In this document: positions 15,212 to 20,012 of the stretch, piece by piece
How positions within the stretch are numbered: position 1 is the stretch's first letter
Layout of the letters: every line of letters begins with the position of its first letter
Assembly: GCA_046542505.1 (NCBI GenBank)
Contig: JBKHBH010000031.1
Location: 1-20,012, forward strand
Origin: Thermovirgaceae bacterium
Lineage (GTDB): Bacteria > Synergistota > Synergistia > Synergistales > Thermovirgaceae
Direction: 5' to 3'
DNA length: 20,012 nt
Position numbers and translations under genes: made by a program
The notes under the pieces: model-generated
Databases searched by the model: none
What the model saw: only the letters and a program-made list of their open reading frames with translations
Told to the model about the DNA's origin: nothing

Positions 15212-17071
15212 ATGTTCTGGAAAAAAGGGAAAAAAGCGGTGATACTGGTTTCGGTGCTTGCGGCCGTACTGGCCGCAACGGGAGCATGGGCTGAGGACGT
15301 AGTAGTCCTCGAACCCGAGGTCGTGACTGGCTCGAGGATTTACGCAGACCTTGACGAAATCCCTTCGGCCACGTACGTAATTGACAGGATGGAGATTGAA
15401 AAAAGCGGAGCCAGGGAATTGAACGAAATCCTTGCTGAAATCCCGGGAATCTACACACCTTCACGGAACGCGAAATCCCAGCAGGTGGACGTCAAGATCC
15501 GGGGCCTTGCCACGGAGCTTCTGGTGCTGGTCGATGGTGCACCATACCATACCGGAACATACATTTCCCCTGGAGCAGCAACGGATCTTCGCTCGATTCC
15601 CCTGGAGGAAATCGAGCGGATCGAGATCGTCAAGGGGGCTGGTTCGGCATTGTACGGCTCCATGGCGGCTGCCGGCGTCATTAATATCATCACGAGGCAA
15701 ATGGAAGGTTCAGGAATATCGATCCTGGGCGAAACCGGGACCAACGACTGGAAAAAGGGCTCCATCAGCGGCTGGACGACGGAGGGCGACTTCGGCGTAA
15801 GGGTCTGGTATTCGAAATCCGAAGAAGGGGAAACCCCTTTGTCGGTCTACAACCCTTCAGGAAGGCCTGCATCAGCAAACGACGGCGTCGTTGACAAGAG
15901 CCTCGAGTACGATGAACAATCCACCGGACTGAAACTTCGGAAAGGACCTTTGACATTCGACGCCTCCTGGGGAGAATACGAATCCAGGTGGACATATTGG
16001 CTAGCTCCCAACAGACAGGAAAACACCTTCTCCAGGTTCAACCTGAAATGGGAAGACGGCCGGAACAATTTCATGGTCTATCATCACAAGCATGAAAGGG
16101 ACCAGTGGGACAGTTGGGGGCAATACAATTATGACAACAAGGCCTGGGGTGCGGAATTCTCGCAGAGGACGACTTGGGGGGACTCCCTGGTCTCCTGGGG
16201 AACAGCGTTCCGGAAGGAAGACATCTCTTACGACGAGGGCATCCCGATCAGCCGTGACCGGACGAACTATGCCCCCTTCGTCGAAGTCTCCAGGCCCGTA
16301 GGTGACCTTCTCCTGAATCTGGGACTCCGTTACGAGATCTGGGACCAAAACGACGCCGAGAACTACGAGGAGTTCATCCCCAAGCTGTCGTTGCAGTACC
16401 AGACACTCCAAGGTTCCACCTGGTACCTGTCGGCGGGACGGTTCTTCGCCATGCCTAGTGTGTACCAGCTTTTCGGCAGCCCCGTCTACGGCATCGATCC
16501 AAATTACGACCTCAAGCCGGAAAAGGGGTACAGTTATGAATTCGGAGTCAAGGGCACCGACGAATCAGGCCCCTGGAACGTGGGACTCTTTTACATGACC
16601 ATGGACGACAAGATCCGCTGGAAGGCTACATCACTCTTTGAAAGCCGTTATGAAAACGTCGATGACTATCGGGCCTGGGGAATCGAGGCGACAAAGACAT
16701 GGACTCTCAACGAGCTTTGGGACCTTTCCCTCGGTACCACATGGATGCGCGCCGAAGAAAAGACGGAAACAAGCAGCATCTGGACCAGGTCGACAGTTCC
16801 GGAATGGGATGTGAACGCCACCCTTGCCTACGGCAGGGGGCCATGGGCCGGAGAGGTGACGGTCAAGTATTTCGGAAACCGCAATGAGGGCAACGTGGAA
16901 TCTGACGTAACCACTGTCGACGCGCTGCTGGAATACAAGTTCGATGACTCTACTCTCCGCCTTTCAGTGTACAACCTCTTCGACGAGGAATACTGGCAGA
17001 CGGAAGCAAGCAACACGTATTACCACGGGCCCGAACAACAGATCTACCTCACTTGGGAACATACCTTTTAA
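15212..17071 (+). CDS. btuB: TonB-dependent outer-membrane receptor, probable corrinoid receptor
   Basis: Signal peptide, TonB-box-like EVVTGSR, plug motifs KIRG, VLVDG and IERIEIVKGAGSALYGS, then LKPEKG, NLFDEEY and a C-terminal Phe. The substrate is inferred from the cobalamin riboswitch. Confidence 0.88.
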   Translation: MFWKKGKKAVILVSVLAAVLAATGAWAEDVVVLEPEVVTGSRIYADLDEIPSATYVIDRMEIEKSGARELNEILAEIPGIYTPSRNAKSQQVDVKIRGLATELLVLVDGAPYHTGTYISPGAATDLRSIPLEEIERIEIVKGAGSALYGSMAAAGVINIITRQMEGSGISILGETGTNDWKKGSISGWTTEGDFGVRVWYSKSEEGETPLSVYNPSGRPASANDGVVDKSLEYDEQSTGLKLRKGPLTFDASWGEYESRWTYWLAPNRQENTFSRFNLKWEDGRNNFMVYHHKHERDQWDSWGQYNYDNKAWGAEFSQRTTWGDSLVSWGTAFRKEDISYDEGIPISRDRTNYAPFVEVSRPVGDLLLNLGLRYEIWDQNDAENYEEFIPKLSLQYQTLQGSTWYLSAGRFFAMPSVYQLFGSPVYGIDPNYDLKPEKGYSYEFGVKGTDESGPWNVGLFYMTMDDKIRWKATSLFESRYENVDDYRAWGIEATKTWTLNELWDLSLGTTWMRAEEKTETSSIWTRSTVPEWDVNATLAYGRGPWAGEVTVKYFGNRNEGNVESDVTTVDALLEYKFDDSTLRLSVYNLFDEEYWQTEASNTYYHGPEQQIYLTWEHTF

Positions 17072-17121
17072 GGATTCAGGCCCCCGCAGGATTTCATAGA
17101 ATACAGCTCCGTTGCGAAAAA

Positions 17122-17166
17122 CAGAAAGAAAAGAGGCGCTCTGGCAGAGCGCTTCTTTTCTTTCTG
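17122..17166. terminator. Long bidirectional terminator hairpin between convergent btuB and ybaK
   Basis: CAGAAAGAAAAGAGGCGCTCTG-G-CAGAGCGCTTCTTTTCTTTCTG: 22-nt arms with a single G.T mismatch and A/T-rich outer ends. Confidence 0.85.
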
Positions 17167-17288
17167 AATCGGGCTGATAACCGTTTTTTGGAAAAGCCTT
17201 CAACGGGATATCCTGTCGGCCGTTCCCGCCTTGGCAATCACTCTTTCGGATTCCGGGATTCTCCTTTTTGCTTTCCCGAAATGCCCGA

Positions 17289-17780
17289 CTATTCCTTTTT
17301 GACGGAAAGCGGCGCGAAAACGCCCCCTGTAGTTTCAGCCAGATCTTTCGGGGCGATGAGAAGCTGCAGACCCCGCATGCCGGCACTGATACAAATCTTC
17401 TCGAAACCGAGGGCGCTTTCGTCGATGATGACAGGATAATCCTTTTTCGTTCCCACGGGGGAAACGCCCCCCCTGACGTACCCTGTGAGTGGCTGTATCT
17501 CCTTGAGATGGGCCATCTCGGCTTTCTTGTCACCACAGGCGGCGGCAAGGGCCTTGAGGTCCAGTTCGGCGTCTCCAGGGACACAGGCCAGATGTACCCC
17601 GGTCCTGTCACCGCGGGCCACGAGGGTCTTGAAGACCTGTTTCGGCGGAAGCCCGATCTTGGCTGCCACGGCCTCTGCTCCCGGATCGGAGGGATCGACG
17701 TAATAGGCCATCAGTTCGAAGGGAATGCCCTTGCTCTCAAGGATCCTGACGGCATTGGTCTTCTTTACGTCTTTTCCCAT
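17289..17780 (-). CDS. ybaK: Cys-tRNA(Pro) deacylase
   Basis: KTNAVRIL, VFKTLV, GYVRGGVSPVG and ISAGMRG motifs. Confidence 0.93.
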   Translation of the reverse strand: MGKDVKKTNAVRILESKGIPFELMAYYVDPSDPGAEAVAAKIGLPPKQVFKTLVARGDRTGVHLACVPGDAELDLKALAAACGDKKAEMAHLKEIQPLTGYVRGGVSPVGTKKDYPVIIDESALGFEKICISAGMRGLQLLIAPKDLAETTGGVFAPLSVKKE

Positions 17781-18874
17781 GCCCGGAAAGTCCTCTCCGC
17801 GAACGAGCAGCCGATTGCCGTGTCGATTCCCTTCTCAAAAGAGAACCCCTGTCCGAAAAGTTCCATGCACGCTTCGGCAGTGTCCCTGTCGTACAGCCGG
17901 CCCGCGTTTTCCGAAATCTCCACGATAGCCGCTTCGATCCCCAGGGCGGGTCTGTAGGGCCGGTGGGAGGACATGGCTTCTACCACGTCTGCCACGGCCA
18001 GAATACGGGCTTCGGGAAGAATCTCGTCGCCGGAAAGTTGGCGGGGATATCCTGAACCATCGAGTCTTTCGTGGTGCTGGTGAACGATCTCCGCCACGGG
18101 CCAGGGGAAATCGATGTCTTCCAGGATCTGCGCGCCGATTTCGGGATGCCGTTGAATCAACCCCCGCTCCACCGGTGAGATTTCCCCCGGCTTGCTCAGG
18201 ATCTCCCCGGGGATCTGGATCTTGCCGATATCATGGATCATGGAGGCAAGATATACTCCCTTTTGAAGATCATCGGGAAGCCCCATGACGTGTGCGAGCT
18301 CGAAAGAGAGCCTGGCAACCCGCCGCTGGTGCCCCGACGTATAGGGATCCTTGGACTCGACTGTCCTGGCGAGAACATAGACGGTCTGTTCCAGGGCTCT
18401 CGCCAGCGCCTCGTTGCTCCTTTCGAGCTCCCGTGTCCTCTCGGCGACGACGATTTCAAGTCCCGCCTTCTGCTTCTGGAGTTCCTGCTCGCTCTGGCGC
18501 ATCCGGACCATGGCTCTCATCTGGGCAAGGAGTTCGCTCTCATCTACGGGTTTGTTCAACAGTGCATCCGCTCCGGCTTCGAGGGCCTTGACCTTCATCT
18601 GTGTCTCCGTCTCGGCGGCGGTTATCATGACGATGGGAACTGTTTCATAATAGGACCTGGAGCGGATGCGCCTGGCGACCTCCAGACCGTCCATACCCGG
18701 CATAAAAAGGTCGAGCAGAACAATGTCCGGGGATTCCTCTTCCAAAAGCTTCAGGCCTTCTTCTCCGGAAAAGGCCGCAAGCAGTTCAGCCGTCGGCATG
18801 ATTCTCTTCAGCATCGCACGGTATACAAAAATGTTGTCTTTCCTGTCATCAACGGCGAGAATTTTCATCTTCAT
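17765..18874 (-). CDS. Response regulator with an HD-GYP cyclic-dinucleotide phosphodiesterase domain
   Basis: REC domain (ILAVDD, LLDLFMPGMDG, KP), coiled coil, KDPYTSGHQRRV, HDIGK, HHERLDGSGYP and HRPYR. Start placed at ATG 18874 (or 18868). Confidence 0.93.
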   Translation of the reverse strand: MKMKILAVDDRKDNIFVYRAMLKRIMPTAELLAAFSGEEGLKLLEEESPDIVLLDLFMPGMDGLEVARRIRSRSYYETVPIVMITAAETETQMKVKALEAGADALLNKPVDESELLAQMRAMVRMRQSEQELQKQKAGLEIVVAERTRELERSNEALARALEQTVYVLARTVESKDPYTSGHQRRVARLSFELAHVMGLPDDLQKGVYLASMIHDIGKIQIPGEILSKPGEISPVERGLIQRHPEIGAQILEDIDFPWPVAEIVHQHHERLDGSGYPRQLSGDEILPEARILAVADVVEAMSSHRPYRPALGIEAAIVEISENAGRLYDRDTAEACMELFGQGFSFEKGIDTAIGCSFAERTFRAWEKT

Positions 18875-18914
18875 GCCCCCCCCCGAAGCCTTGTCATCTT
18901 TCGTCAGTATCAAA

Positions 18915-20012
18915 TTATCCTTTGCTGCCAAGGTATTTCTCGACGATTGTTTCCAACTGATCCCTTTCGATCGGTTTGGCAAGATATTCGTCGCATCCCG
19001 CCTTCAGGGCTCTTTCCATGTCACCTTTCATGGCATGGGCCGTAACTGCCACGACAGGGAGACGCCCGCTTTTCTCGCATCGGCGGATTTCCTTCACCAG
19101 GTCATAGCCGTGCATGTCTGGAAGTTTCAAGTCAAGAAACACCAGTCCCGGGGAAGCCTTCCTGATTTTTTCGAGCCCTTCTTTGCCTGTGGCCGCTTCG
19201 GCCACCTTGAGGCCCGGCGGAAGAAGAGCCTTGAGAACCAGAAGATTGTCCGGATTATCCTCCACAATGATTACGTCAGCCCCCCCTGGAACCTTTTCAA
19301 AAGGCTCTTCAGGGCACGGGGGCGCAACCGGCTCCGGCGGCTCGAGAATCTCCCGCACCTTTGAGACCAGGCCCTCCCTGTCAATATCCCCCTTGATCAC
19401 GTACTGCCTGACGTGGTTCGTGCTGAGGCGGCTTCTGTCCGTTGCGGTCAGGTCCTTGGCGGTGATCACCAAAACGGGAAGCTCCCGTGTTTCAGGTTTT
19501 GACCGGATCTTTTCAAGGACGGCAAAACCATCCACTCCGGGCATCATGAGATCCAGGATCATCGCGTCGGGGGTTTTCGACTCCACATATCGCAGGGCCT
19601 CTTCCCCGTTTGACACGACATCGACGGAGGCAAGGCTTTCATCCTCCACAAGGGCCTTGACCTGCAAGGCGGCGATCTCATTGTCCTCCACGAGAAGGAT
19701 TCCAGGTATTGCGGCTTCTCTTCCATATGCTTCAATCGCCGAAGCGATCTTTTCGTAACTGGTTTGTGATTTTTGCAGCACTGCCAGGGTACTTCCCTTG
19801 AGCCTGTCCTTTTCCTCAGCCGAAAGGTCCCTGGCGGTCACGACGATGACCGGGAGGCTTTTCGTCCTTTGATCCCGCCGGATCCTGTCGAGGACTTCGA
19901 AGCCGCTCATATCGGGCATCATCAGGTCCAGAATCACAAGATCAGGCTTGATGACCGGAATTTTCTGCAGGCATTCTCCGCCTCCATCTGCCTCCACGGC
20001 GGTGAACCCCTT
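18915..20012 (-). CDS. C-terminal part of a multi-receiver protein, probably a hybrid histidine kinase (5' end outside the window)
   Basis: The frame stays open to the window edge (KGFTAVEADGG...). Three REC domains: ILDLMMPDMSG, ILDLMMPGVDG and FLDLKLPDMHG...AKP. The kinase core is not visible. Confidence 0.85.
   Translation of the reverse strand, partial: KGFTAVEADGGGECLQKIPVIKPDLVILDLMMPDMSGFEVLDRIRRDQRTKSLPVIVVTARDLSAEEKDRLKGSTLAVLQKSQTSYEKIASAIEAYGREAAIPGILLVEDNEIAALQVKALVEDESLASVDVVSNGEEALRYVESKTPDAMILDLMMPGVDGFAVLEKIRSKPETRELPVLVITAKDLTATDRSRLSTNHVRQYVIKGDIDREGLVSKVREILEPPEPVAPPCPEEPFEKVPGGADVIIVEDNPDNLLVLKALLPPGLKVAEAATGKEGLEKIRKASPGLVFLDLKLPDMHGYDLVKEIRRCEKSGRLPVVAVTAHAMKGDMERALKAGCDEYLAKPIERDQLETIVEKYLGSKG

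Noticed and set aside
17072..17288. MITE or CRISPR-like element around the 45-bp inverted repeat
   Set aside because: It is a single copy located between convergent genes and fits a bidirectional terminator. There are no spaced repeats.

Overview
Gene-dense, GC-rich bacterial chromosomal window with no mobile element, CRISPR array, tRNA or rRNA. A TonB-dependent receptor and periplasmic binding proteins without a lipobox imply a diderm cell. Fe-S and B12 genes suggest an anaerobe, and strong GGAGG ribosome-binding sites are compatible with Synergistota (inference only). Left to right: (1) start of a minus-strand gene, possibly a ferredoxin; (2) a secreted DUF4412-like protein and a C-GCAxxG-C-C protein; (3) on the minus strand, a FAD/Fe-S oxidoreductase followed by an amino-acid racemase; (4) an AsnB homologue with a degenerate glutaminase site; (5) an Opu/OsmF-type osmoprotectant ABC operon with a structured leader of about 270 nt and two tandem binding proteins; (6) a four-gene operon of an MDR/quinone-reductase-like enzyme, a reductive-dehalogenase-like B12/2x[4Fe-4S] protein, a rubrerythrin-VIT1 fusion and FmdE; (7) divergent cyclophilin-like and nitroreductase genes; (8) a cobalamin riboswitch with a BtuB-like receptor; (9) on the minus strand, a partial triple-receiver protein, a REC-HD-GYP phosphodiesterase and ybaK. 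The best leads for new biology are the glutaminase-dead AsnB-like amide synthetase beside the osmolyte transporter, the TAT-less and RdhB-less RdhA-like operon, and the switch-like leader of the transporter operon.
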